The notes under the pieces: generated by a model
What the model was told of the DNA's origin: nothing
Database searches by the model: none
Seen by the model: only the letters and a program-made list of their open reading frames with translations
From: Erysipelotrichaceae bacterium
GTDB taxonomy: Bacteria > Bacillota_I > Bacilli_A > Erysipelotrichales > Erysipelotrichaceae
NCBI GenBank assembly: GCA_017428765.1
Contig: JAFRQF010000005.1
Location: 87,121 to 119,120 of the forward strand
Reading direction: 5' to 3'
Length of the DNA: 32,000 nucleotides
Translations under genes and position numbers: made by a program
Shown: in pieces, positions 8,300 to 15,959 of the stretch
How positions within the stretch are numbered: the first letter of the stretch is position 1
Layout: each line of letters starts with the position of its first letter

Positions 8300-8890
8300 A
8301 TGGCTAAATTTGTTTGTAAAGTCTGCGGTTACGTATACGAAGGCGACGCCGCTCCTGCAGAGTGCCCGGTATGCCATACCGGTTCCGAGAATTTTGAAGA
8401 AGTCAAAGGCGAAATGAAGCTTGCCGCTGAACACAAGTTCGGTGTCTATGGCGAAACCGTCAGAAACAACCCGGGCATCCCGGATGTCGACAAGAAATAC
8501 ATCTACGACCAGCTGGTATCCAACTTCAACGGCGAATGCAGCGAAGTCGGCATGTACCTGGCAATGTCCAGAGTCGCTTACAGAGAAGGCTATCCGGAAG
8601 CCGGCTTATATTGGGAAAAGGCAGCTTTCGAAGAAGCGGAACACGCAGCTAAGTTTGCGGAGCTCTTAGGAACCGATCTGGAAAAGAACATGACCGCTTC
8701 CACCAAAGCCAACCTCAAATGGAGAGTCGACTGCGAATATGGCGCAACCGCGGGCAAGACCGAGCTGGCTGCCCTGGCAAAGAAATACAATCTCGATGCG
8801 ATCCATGACACAGTCCATGAGATGGCAAGAGACGAGGCAAGACACGGCAAGGCTCTCGAAGGCCTTCTGAAGAGACTGTTCGGCGAATAG
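8300..8890 (+). CDS. rbr: Reverse rubrerythrin (N-terminal rubredoxin-like CxxC...CxxC domain followed by a ferritin-like di-iron domain)
   Basis: 196 aa. The N-terminus [24 protein letters not shown] is rubredoxin-type. Downstream are ExxH di-iron motifs ([17 protein letters not shown]). This domain order is the reverse of classical rubrerythrin. Confidence 0.88.
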   Translation: MAKFVCKVCGYVYEGDAAPAECPVCHTGSENFEEVKGEMKLAAEHKFGVYGETVRNNPGIPDVDKKYIYDQLVSNFNGECSEVGMYLAMSRVAYREGYPEAGLYWEKAAFEEAEHAAKFAELLGTDLEKNMTASTKANLKWRVDCEYGATAGKTELAALAKKYNLDAIHDTVHEMARDEARHGKALEGLLKRLFGE

Positions 8891-8914
8891 TCAGAAACAA
8901 CATTGCTGTCACAC

Positions 8915-8940
8915 AGGAGGAACATCGTTCCTCCTTCTTT
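8915..8940 (+). terminator. Rho-independent terminator after rbr
   Basis: AGGAGGAAC-ATC-GTTCCTCCT followed by TCTTT. Confidence 0.75.
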
Positions 8941-8956
8941 AAAAAAGGAGGACTTC

Positions 8957-9925
8957 ATGCCAAGAAAGATCATTCTCGACGTCGATACCGGATCCGATGA
9001 TGCCTGCGCCATCATGCTGGCACAGCTGCACCCGGACATCGACTTAGCAGCCGTCTGTACCGTCAAAGGCAACCAGCCGATCAACTACACGACGGAAAAC
9101 ACGCTTCGCATACGTGATCTCTTACATGCCGATTTCCCGGTATACAAAGGCTGTTCGGGATCCTTAGTCAAAAACATCGTCTATCCGCGCATCCCGCCGA
9201 CAGCCAATGCGGATGCCTATGACGAAGAAGGAAACAAGATCCATATCCATCAGGAACTTTTTGACCTGCCGGAATCCGACGGAAGGATCGAAGAGCTCAA
9301 TGCACCTAATTTCTATGTGAACTATCTCAAAAACGCGAGAGATAGAGTCACGATCGTGGCTGTGGGACCTTTGACCAACCTGGCTGTCGCCCTGGTCATG
9401 GAACCGGACATCGTGAAAAACATCGAAGAGATCGTCATCATGGGCGGCGGATGGAACATCACCAATGCCACGCTGGCTGCCGAATTCAACATCTACGACG
9501 ATCCGGAAGCGGCGCAGAGAGTCCTTCATTGCGGCGCAAAGATCACGATGGTACCGCTCGATGCCACCCATGCTGCCTACATCACACAGGATGATTGCGA
9601 AGAACTTAAGAAGATCGGTACACCGGCCTCCGTATTTGCCGCCGACCTGATCGAACGGCGCATCAAAGTCCACGACTATGCGCAGCCTCTGGATGTGAAA
9701 CACTCCTGTGCCCTGCACGATCCGCTGTGCATCGCCTACCTGATCGATCCGTCCGTTCTTAAAAACGTCAAATACTGCAATGTCGAAGTCTCCCTTTCCG
9801 GACTTACGGAAGGTCAGACCTGCGTCGACCAGAGAGCGATACAGGAAAACCGCAATGTCTATTTTGCCTTCGACGGCGATCCAAAACGCTTCTCAAAGAT
9901 CCTCATCGATGCTTTCAGGAAATAA
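8957..9925 (+). CDS. Nucleoside hydrolase (IUNH family, RihA/B/C-like)
   Basis: Start reassigned to ATG 8957 (RBS AAGGAGGA at 8945-8952). The product starts MPRKIILDVDTGSDDACAIMLA, which carries the DxDxGxDD Ca-binding signature. Confidence 0.88.
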   Translation: MPRKIILDVDTGSDDACAIMLAQLHPDIDLAAVCTVKGNQPINYTTENTLRIRDLLHADFPVYKGCSGSLVKNIVYPRIPPTANADAYDEEGNKIHIHQELFDLPESDGRIEELNAPNFYVNYLKNARDRVTIVAVGPLTNLAVALVMEPDIVKNIEEIVIMGGGWNITNATLAAEFNIYDDPEAAQRVLHCGAKITMVPLDATHAAYITQDDCEELKKIGTPASVFAADLIERRIKVHDYAQPLDVKHSCALHDPLCIAYLIDPSVLKNVKYCNVEVSLSGLTEGQTCVDQRAIQENRNVYFAFDGDPKRFSKILIDAFRK

Positions 9926-9928
9926 GAT

Positions 9929-10630
9929 ATGATCGATATCGATAAAATGAGCGCAGATGATCTCTGCCAGCTGTTTGACCACACATTTTTAAAAGCCTAT
10001 GCCGTTTCATCGGACTTCGAAAAGCTCTGTGATGAGGCAAAAAAGTATCACTTTAAGATGGTCGCCATCAATTCCTATCCGGTAAAGCTCTGCAAGAAGC
10101 TTTTGGAGGGAAGTGATGTTCACGTCGGGGCTGCCATCGGTTTCCCTTTGGGACAGACGACGATAGAGACCAAGTGTTTTGAAACGGAAAAAGCCATTGA
10201 AGACGGTGCCGATGAGATCGACTATGTCCTCAATGTCGGAAAGCTCAAAGAAAACGACCTGGAGTATATCGAGGAAGAGATGGAAAAGATCGTCTCCATC
10301 TGCCGGGAAAACAACATCCTCATCAAAGTCATCTTTGAAAACTGCTATCTGACAAAAGAAGAGATCGTAAAAGCGGCGCAGATCGCTAGGAAAGTAAAGC
10401 CGGATTTCATCAAGACATCGACCGGTTTCGGTACATCCGGCGCAACAGTTGAAGATGTGAAGCTCATGAAAGAAACGGTCGGCGAAGAAGTGAAAGTCAA
10501 GGCAGCCGGCGGGATCCGCGACTGGGATACATGCAAGAAGATGATCTCGGCCGGAGCCGAGAGGATCGGCACTTCCGCTTCCATTGAAATACTGAAAGAT
10601 TTCCTGAATGAAAGAGAGTCTCATCAGTGA
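9929..10630 (+). CDS. deoC: Deoxyribose-phosphate aldolase
   Basis: 233 aa with the Schiff-base lysine context FIKTSTGF and ...VKAAGGIR... It starts 3 nt after the nucleoside hydrolase stop. Confidence 0.92.
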   Translation: MIDIDKMSADDLCQLFDHTFLKAYAVSSDFEKLCDEAKKYHFKMVAINSYPVKLCKKLLEGSDVHVGAAIGFPLGQTTIETKCFETEKAIEDGADEIDYVLNVGKLKENDLEYIEEEMEKIVSICRENNILIKVIFENCYLTKEEIVKAAQIARKVKPDFIKTSTGFGTSGATVEDVKLMKETVGEEVKVKAAGGIRDWDTCKKMISAGAERIGTSASIEILKDFLNERESHQ

Positions 10631-10644
10631 GACTCTCATTTTTG
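10614..10644. terminator. Shared hairpin terminator for the convergent deoC and GT51 genes
   Basis: GAGAGTCTCA-TCAG-TGAGACTCTC (10614-10637) followed by ATTTTTG on the plus strand. It overlaps both stop codons (10628-10630 and 10636-10638). Confidence 0.7.
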
Positions 10645-11355
10645 TATCGGCTTTACATCTTCTATCAGCGCATCATCCATCTCCTGTTCACTGATGAAGT
10701 CATTGTTCAGCATCGTCTGTAAGACCCAGACCTGTCTTTCCTTTGCCAGATCGTAGCCATCAGACAGCTGGTAGATGGCCGGTGCATTGGGTATGCCTGC
10801 AAGAATGGCCGCTTTGGCTAAGGACAGATCGTTACAATCCATCCCGTAATAGCCTTTCGCCGCCTGGCCGATTCCCCAGTAGCCATCGCCATAATAGTTC
10901 ATGTTGGCATATAAGGCAAAGAGTTCTTCCTTGGAATAATTCCTCTCCAGATCGAACATCAGGAAGATCTCTGCTGCCTTTTCTTCCAATCCGTCGACAT
11001 AGCCTTCCAGATACAGGTTCTTGGCGATCTGTTCGGAGATGGTCGAACCTCCTTCCACCAGATCCTTATAGCGGACATTATGATACACTGCCCGGATCAG
11101 AGCGATCAGATCATAGCCCTTCCTTGTAAAGAAGCGCTTGTCTTCCACAGCATTGACCGCATTGACGAAGTCTTCATCGATCTGGTCGAACGGCACATAG
11201 TCTTCTTTGTCCGTATAGGCTTTTACCGCTTCTTTGATCGGCAGATCTGCGATCTCCCTTCGATAACGGACATAGCCCTGATAGCCCAGAAAACAAAGGC
11301 AGGCCATGACCATCAGAAGAAGGACGGAAACTGCTGTCAGCAGCTTTTTCGTCAT
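10636..11355 (-). CDS. Monofunctional peptidoglycan glycosyltransferase (GT51)
   Basis: 239 aa with an N-terminal TM anchor. GT51 motifs are EDKRFFTRKG (motif 1), GGSTISEQ (motif 2) and KAAEIF (motif 3). There is no transpeptidase domain. Its start overlaps the ABC-2 permease stop by 4 nt. Confidence 0.85.
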   Translation of the reverse strand: MTKKLLTAVSVLLLMVMACLCFLGYQGYVRYRREIADLPIKEAVKAYTDKEDYVPFDQIDEDFVNAVNAVEDKRFFTRKGYDLIALIRAVYHNVRYKDLVEGGSTISEQIAKNLYLEGYVDGLEEKAAEIFLMFDLERNYSKEELFALYANMNYYGDGYWGIGQAAKGYYGMDCNDLSLAKAAILAGIPNAPAIYQLSDGYDLAKERQVWVLQTMLNNDFISEQEMDDALIEDVKPIQK

Positions 11356-12089
11356 TGTAAGTTGAGACGTCTGTCAAGGATGTACCAGGTCACAAAGGAG
11401 TAGACACCTGCCAGCAGAAGCGGAATGATATAGAGAAGCGGCTGCAGGATGATCAGCTGCGATTGCGGACCGAATTCCATGGAGAAGCGCTGTGGGAACA
11501 GGAAGATCCTTATGATAAACATCAGTACGACGAATGCCCCGGCGATCAGCTTCTGGTGTCTGTCAAACAGATGGGCGATCGAAAATGCCGCAAAGAACAG
11601 ACAGTCTCCGGCAAGCAGTTCCACCGCACCCAGCAGCGACATCTGCAACAACATCAGATAGAAATCCAGATCGATCGTAAAGATATATTTGAACGCTTCC
11701 ATAAGATCCCTGAGCGTAGCGACCGTAAAGGCAAAGATCAAAGCGCAGATCCCCAGAACGATCACTTCGACCACTGCCCAGATCAGGGCATTGAAGACCT
11801 TGGCCAGGATGTGTATCTCCGTCTTGACCGGTAAGGCAAAGGACAGATAGCCTTCATTCTTTAATAAACCGTGATAGAAGCGCATGACAGTCATCCAGAT
11901 CGTGATCGCAAAGGATGAAGACATCGACACGATCCAGGCAAACATCGCGATGCCGAAAACGAAGTTTTTCTCCAGATTGAAACGGATCATCAGTGAGCAC
12001 ACCAATGTCAGTGCGATCATCAGTCCGTAGATCGGAAACATGTTTTTTGCCAGTGCTTTGAAATCATATTTGATCAGTTTTCCTAACAT
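11352..12089 (-). CDS. ABC-2-type transporter permease (multi-pass membrane protein)
   Basis: 245 aa, about 6 hydrophobic helices. Its start overlaps the 3' end of the preceding ABC ATPase gene. There is no other recognisable motif. Confidence 0.7.
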   Translation of the reverse strand: MLGKLIKYDFKALAKNMFPIYGLMIALTLVCSLMIRFNLEKNFVFGIAMFAWIVSMSSSFAITIWMTVMRFYHGLLKNEGYLSFALPVKTEIHILAKVFNALIWAVVEVIVLGICALIFAFTVATLRDLMEAFKYIFTIDLDFYLMLLQMSLLGAVELLAGDCLFFAAFSIAHLFDRHQKLIAGAFVVLMFIIRIFLFPQRFSMEFGPQSQLIILQPLLYIIPLLLAGVYSFVTWYILDRRLNLQ

Positions 12090-12781
12090 GCGAAGACCTC
12101 CCTGAAGTATTCATCGACGCTTTGTCCTGTGCTTTCCTTGATCTCATCGACGCTCTTGTGAAGGATGACCCTTCCCTGTTTCAGGAAGATCGCTTCATCC
12201 AGGACATTTTCCACATCGGCGATCAGATGCGTCGAGATCAGTACCGTCGCATTCTCATCATAATTGGATATGATCGTGCGAAGGATGTAATCTCTGGCTG
12301 CCGGATCGACACCGGCGATCGGCTCATCGAGCAGATAGAGTTTTGCCTTTCTTGACATCGTCAGGATCAGCTGCACCTTTTCTTTGGTGCCCTTCGACAT
12401 CTTTCTTAACGGCATCTTGAGATCGATGTCCAGGGATCCCAGCATCTCATAGGCCCTGTTTTCATCGAAATCCGCAAAGAAATCCTTATACATCGCGACC
12501 AGTTCCTCACCATTCATATATTCCGGTAAGAAGTTCCTGTCCGGAAGATAGGATACGATCGCCTTGGTCTTTTCGCTTGGCACTTCGCCGCAGATCGTAA
12601 CGTTTCCTTCACTTGGTACCAGAAGCCTCGCTGCCAGTTTGATCAATGTCGTCTTTCCCGAACCGTTAGGTCCCAAGAGTCCGACGATCTTTCCTTCTTC
12701 CAGTCTGAGATCGACCCGATCGAGTGCTCTCAGTTTTCCATAATCCTTGCTGAGGCCTTCACAAACCAATGTTTCCATCAT
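12083..12781 (-). CDS. ABC transporter ATP-binding protein
   Basis: 232 aa. Walker A GPNGSGKTT, signature-like MSKGTKEKV, Walker B LYLLDEP. Confidence 0.92.
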   Translation of the reverse strand: MMETLVCEGLSKDYGKLRALDRVDLRLEEGKIVGLLGPNGSGKTTLIKLAARLLVPSEGNVTICGEVPSEKTKAIVSYLPDRNFLPEYMNGEELVAMYKDFFADFDENRAYEMLGSLDIDLKMPLRKMSKGTKEKVQLILTMSRKAKLYLLDEPIAGVDPAARDYILRTIISNYDENATVLISTHLIADVENVLDEAIFLKQGRVILHKSVDEIKESTGQSVDEYFREVFAC

Positions 12782-13140
12782 TCATCCTCCCAATTATTGA
12801 CGGCATCTTTGATCGCAAGATCATCCATGCCCAGGCTTTTCAATCGAACAAACAGTTCTTCGATATAATCCTTCGCCAGTTCTTTGCGAAGTTCCTTCAT
12901 CTTCTGATCATCGATGCTGACGAATCTACCGCTGGTCCTTTCGCTTTGTACCAGACCCTGCCGTTCAAGTTCCGCATAGGATCTTTGAACGGTGTTGGGA
13001 TTGACACCTGCTTCCATTGCCAGATCCCTGACGGCAGGAAGCTTGTCCCCGCTTTCATATTTTCCGGAAACGATGTCAACCTTCATCCGTTCGATGATCT
13101 GAAGATAGATAGGCACATCATCAGAAAATTTCCATTTCAT
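12778..13140 (-). CDS. GntR-family transcriptional regulator, short YtrA subfamily
   Basis: Start reassigned to ATG 13140 (RBS AGGAAGG 7 nt upstream). The 120-aa product has the GntR wHTH (DKLPAVRDLAMEAGVNPNTVQRSYAELERQGLV) and a short C-terminal helix pair. Confidence 0.88.
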   Translation of the reverse strand: MKWKFSDDVPIYLQIIERMKVDIVSGKYESGDKLPAVRDLAMEAGVNPNTVQRSYAELERQGLVQSERTSGRFVSIDDQKMKELRKELAKDYIEELFVRLKSLGMDDLAIKDAVNNWEDE

Positions 13141-13155
13141 AGTTTTACCTTCCTG

Positions 13156-13177
13156 TTGTATTAATACACTAATACAA
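13156..13177. promoter_or_regulatory. Candidate YtrA-type operator (8-6-8 inverted repeat)
   Basis: TTGTATTA-N6-TAATACAA, perfect arms, lying between the putative promoter and the RBS of the GntR gene. Confidence 0.4.
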
Positions 13178-13190
13178 TAATACATTCATA

Positions 13191-13210
13191 CAATACCTGT
13201 CAATACCTGT
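13191..13210. repeat. Tandem 10-bp direct repeat (CAATACCTGT x2) whose junction forms a TTGACA -35 box on the minus strand
   Basis: Read directly from the sequence. Minus strand is ACAGGTATTGACAGGTATTG, with TTGACA at 13203-13198. A GTATT motif recurs five times between here and the RBS. Confidence 0.5.
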
Positions 13211-13217
13211 TTGACCG

Positions 13218-13246
13218 AAAAACAAAAAAACATCCTTTCGGATGTG
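13218..13246 (-). terminator. Terminator downstream of tRNA-Arg
   Basis: Minus-strand RNA ACATCC-GAAA-GGATGT followed by TTTTTTTGTTTTT. The stem is only 6 bp. The plus strand also has a T-run after the hairpin. Confidence 0.6.
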
Positions 13247-13257
13247 TTTTTCCAAGA

Positions 13258-13334
13258 TGGCGTCCATGGAGAGACTCGAACTCCCGACCGTCCGCTTAGA
13301 AGGCGGATGCTCTATCCAACTGAGCTACATGGAC
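13258..13334 (-). tRNA. tRNA-Arg (anticodon UCU), 77 nt with encoded CCA
   Basis: Hand-folded cloverleaf. Acceptor GTCCATG/CATGGAC, D arm GCTC-AGTTGGATA-GAGC, anticodon arm TCCGC-CTTCTAA-GCGGA, T arm GGGAG-TTCGAGT-CTCTC, then G-CCA. Confidence 0.93.
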
Positions 13335-13343
13335 AGCATAAGT

Positions 13344-13372
13344 ATATTATCATTTTTATTGTCCAATTTCAA
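13344..13372 (-). promoter_or_regulatory. Sigma-A-type promoter for tRNA-Arg
   Basis: Minus strand TTGAAA (13372-13367), 17-nt spacer ending in TGA, TAATAT (13349-13344). It ends 9 nt upstream of the mature tRNA 5' end. Confidence 0.55.
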
Positions 13373-13418
13373 ATCATTCTTGCAACATCTATAATGGATT
13401 TAAGAAGAGGTGTTCCCT

Positions 13419-14858
13419 ATGAAGATCTTACTTATCATACTATGTATCCTGCTGTGTATCCTTCTGATCGCCGTGATGCGCACGTTATCTGTACCGCATA
13501 AGACTTCCGTATATCATGGCTCGAAGGATGAGAAGCGTTATAACGGCTATGCCCTGAAACTTCAGAAGATGATACAGGTCGAAACCGTCTCTTACCGGGA
13601 CAGGCCCGATCCTGAGAAGTTCCGCAGGCTGCACAAAGTCATGGAAGAACTTTTCCCGACCGTCTTTGAACGATGCGAAAAATACGAGGTCGACGGAAAC
13701 CTTCTTGTCCGTTACAAGGGAAAACACCCCGAAAAACAGCCGATCGTCTTAATATCCCATCTCGATGTCGTCCCTGCGGAAGGTGATTGGACCTATCCTC
13801 CGTTTGAAGGAAAGATCGTTGACGGCAAGATCCACGGACGCGGATCCTTCGATGTCAAATGCGGTGTCTTTTCCTTCTATCAGGCAGCTGAAGAGCTCCT
13901 CAAGGAAGGCTATGAGCCGGAATGCGACATCTTCCTCGGTTCGAGCTGCACCGAAGAGATCGGCGGCGACGGCGCTTCCAAACTCGTAAAGTGGTTCACC
14001 GATAGAAACATCCGTCCGTATATGGTCTGCGATGAAGGCGGTACGATCATCGAAGATCCGATCGGCGGTGTCAAAGGAAACTTTGCAGCCGTCGGCATCT
14101 TTGAAAAAGGCTATGGTGATATAAAGATCATTGCCAAAGGCCATGGCGGTCACTCCTCTTCGCCGGGCAGAAACACCCCGATCGCAAGGCTCGCGAAGTT
14201 TGAAGCGGAGATCGAACGCAAGTCACCTTTCAAGGTAGCATTCACGCCGGCCGTTGAAGGCATGCTGAAAAACCTGGCGCCGTATTGCGATTCTTTCCTG
14301 CTCAAGATGGTCTTTGCCAACCTGTGGCTGTTCAAGCCGCTCTTGAAAAAAGTCATGCCGGCCATCTCCCCGCAGGCTGCCGCAATGTTACAGACGACGA
14401 TGTGCTTTACCATGCAGAAAGGCTCCGATGCCTACAACGTCATTCCGCAGGAAGCCTATGTCACAGCCAACCTGCGCTTCATCCCGTTTGAAGGAAGAAA
14501 GGAATCCATCGCTTTGATAAGGCAGATCGCAGCGAAGTATGACCTTGAAGTCGAAGAAGTCAACTGCTCCGATCCTACGGGATCCCTTGATCTTAACGGT
14601 CCGCAATTCGATATGTGTAAGAAGGCCATCGAAAAGGTCTTCCCTGACGTCTGCGTACTTCCATATGTCGTGACCGGCGGTACAGACTCCCGCTTCTGGG
14701 ACAGATATGTCGATGCCTGCGTCCGTTTCGAACCGGTCAATGTCTCCAATGACCAGCTTTCGAAGATGCATGCGGTCGATGAAAACCTCAACATCGATAC
14801 TCTGCCGCCTGCTGTCGACTACTACAAGGAGATCATCCGTTTGCAGGAGAGCCGATGA
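13419..14858 (+). CDS. M20-family metallopeptidase with N-terminal membrane anchor
   Basis: ATG 13419 is preferred over the tracked GTG at 13410 (RBS AGAAGAGG at 13403-13410). N-terminus is the hydrophobic MKILLIILCILLCILLIAV. M20 motifs are ISHLDVVP, HGRGSFDVK and EEIGG. Confidence 0.87.
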   Translation: MKILLIILCILLCILLIAVMRTLSVPHKTSVYHGSKDEKRYNGYALKLQKMIQVETVSYRDRPDPEKFRRLHKVMEELFPTVFERCEKYEVDGNLLVRYKGKHPEKQPIVLISHLDVVPAEGDWTYPPFEGKIVDGKIHGRGSFDVKCGVFSFYQAAEELLKEGYEPECDIFLGSSCTEEIGGDGASKLVKWFTDRNIRPYMVCDEGGTIIEDPIGGVKGNFAAVGIFEKGYGDIKIIAKGHGGHSSSPGRNTPIARLAKFEAEIERKSPFKVAFTPAVEGMLKNLAPYCDSFLLKMVFANLWLFKPLLKKVMPAISPQAAAMLQTTMCFTMQKGSDAYNVIPQEAYVTANLRFIPFEGRKESIALIRQIAAKYDLEVEEVNCSDPTGSLDLNGPQFDMCKKAIEKVFPDVCVLPYVVTGGTDSRFWDRYVDACVRFEPVNVSNDQLSKMHAVDENLNIDTLPPAVDYYKEIIRLQESR

Positions 14859-15559
14859 AGATGATGGAACTGAATGACTTTCGTACCCGGATCTTCCTTA
14901 GCGAAACAAAAGAAAGCAGAGTCCCCTTCGTGCTTGTCAACACCGGTCACGAAGATGATGAAGCCCTGTTTGAGACCCTGCGGAAACTCTGTGATAAAGG
15001 CTTTGCCCTGATCTGCATCGAAACAGACGATTGGAACGATGATCTTTCTCCCTGGCATTGCGATCCCGTATTCAAGGGTACAGAACCGTTTTCCGGCAAG
15101 GCCGATCTGCATCTTGCAAGGATCCTCAACGATATCCTTCCCAAGGCGGAAGAAAGACTGAACGAAGAAGGCATCAGCCCTTCGTGTCACGCCATTGCCG
15201 GCTATTCATTGGCCGGACTCTTTGCGCTCTACAGCGGCTATAAGACCGATGTCTTTGAAAAGATCGCCTCAGCCTCCGGTTCCCTTTGGTATCCGGATTT
15301 CCTGGAATTCACAAGAAACAGACAGATCTCACAAAACATCACAGATGTCTATCTGTCCTTGGGCGATCAGGAGTCCCATACCAAAAACAAGCTCATGTCG
15401 ACCGTCCAGGACAGGACCGAAACGATCGCGAAAGAGCTTGGTGAAAAAACGAAAGTATTCTTTGAGATGAATGAAGGCAATCACTTTAAAGATCCCGAAC
15501 TGCGGCTTGCCAAAGGGATCGCTTATATACTCAATAGCCGATCGGCGTCTTGCCGGTAA
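14855..15559 (+). CDS. Alpha/beta hydrolase, esterase family
   Basis: 234 aa with the nucleophile elbow GYSLAG. ATGA overlap with the M20 gene. Confidence 0.72.
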   Translation: MKMMELNDFRTRIFLSETKESRVPFVLVNTGHEDDEALFETLRKLCDKGFALICIETDDWNDDLSPWHCDPVFKGTEPFSGKADLHLARILNDILPKAEERLNEEGISPSCHAIAGYSLAGLFALYSGYKTDVFEKIASASGSLWYPDFLEFTRNRQISQNITDVYLSLGDQESHTKNKLMSTVQDRTETIAKELGEKTKVFFEMNEGNHFKDPELRLAKGIAYILNSRSASCR

Positions 15560-15959
15560 ACAGTCTTCCCAGATGATTTGCCCATTTCTCCGGATAAAAG
15601 GAAGTATAGCGATATCTTCCTTTTTTTCTGTTTGCGATGAAGTGCGGCGAATTGGCCCAGACAAGGGACGGGATGCCAATGATCGGCAGATAAAACGGCC
15701 CCAGGATGATCGACTGTATGGAGTGGCCGTACTCGTGGACGATCACCCTTTCATCATCCGTTCCCAGGAAAAGAAACATGCCCAAAGACATCGATGCGCT
15801 GTCGTTCCATCTCGTGACTAAGGCGCCATAGAAGAAACGTCTTTCTTCTTTCGGACCGGTCAGCAGCACATAGAGCCATACGAAAAGACCCAGGACATTC
15901 TGAATGATGCCCCAGGTCATCTGCAATACGTAATAGATCGTTAATCTAATGATCCTCAT
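15531..15959 (-). CDS. Small membrane protein with an HExxH motif (uncharacterised, zincin-like)
   Basis: 142-143 aa (ATG 15959, or TTG 15962). It has 2-3 hydrophobic helices and HEYGH encoded at 15723-15737. It overlaps mtnA at its 5' end and the convergent esterase gene at its 3' end. Confidence 0.6.
   Translation of the reverse strand: MRIIRLTIYYVLQMTWGIIQNVLGLFVWLYVLLTGPKEERRFFYGALVTRWNDSASMSLGMFLFLGTDDERVIVHEYGHSIQSIILGPFYLPIIGIPSLVWANSPHFIANRKKGRYRYTSFYPEKWANHLGRLFTGKTPIGY

Noticed and set aside
8903-8956. The longer start of the nucleoside hydrolase ORF (8903), and similar long starts at 13185 (GntR), 31034 (ABC ATPase) and 24726 (MFS)
   Set aside because: For the hydrolase, GntR and ATPase genes an internal ATG is preceded by a good SD sequence at 5-9 nt and yields the canonical family N-terminus. 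The hydrolase extension would also run through the rbr terminator hairpin. The MFS case is weaker: its SD (AAGGAG) is about 12 nt upstream, it rests on an upstream TATAAT, and I treat that start as uncertain.
9164-10639. Long antisense ORFs opposite the nucleoside hydrolase (184 aa) and deoC (210 aa)
   Set aside because: The plus-strand products carry diagnostic motifs (DxDxGxDD; FIKTSTGF). The antisense translations have none and show the same D/R/F/I shadow-frame composition.
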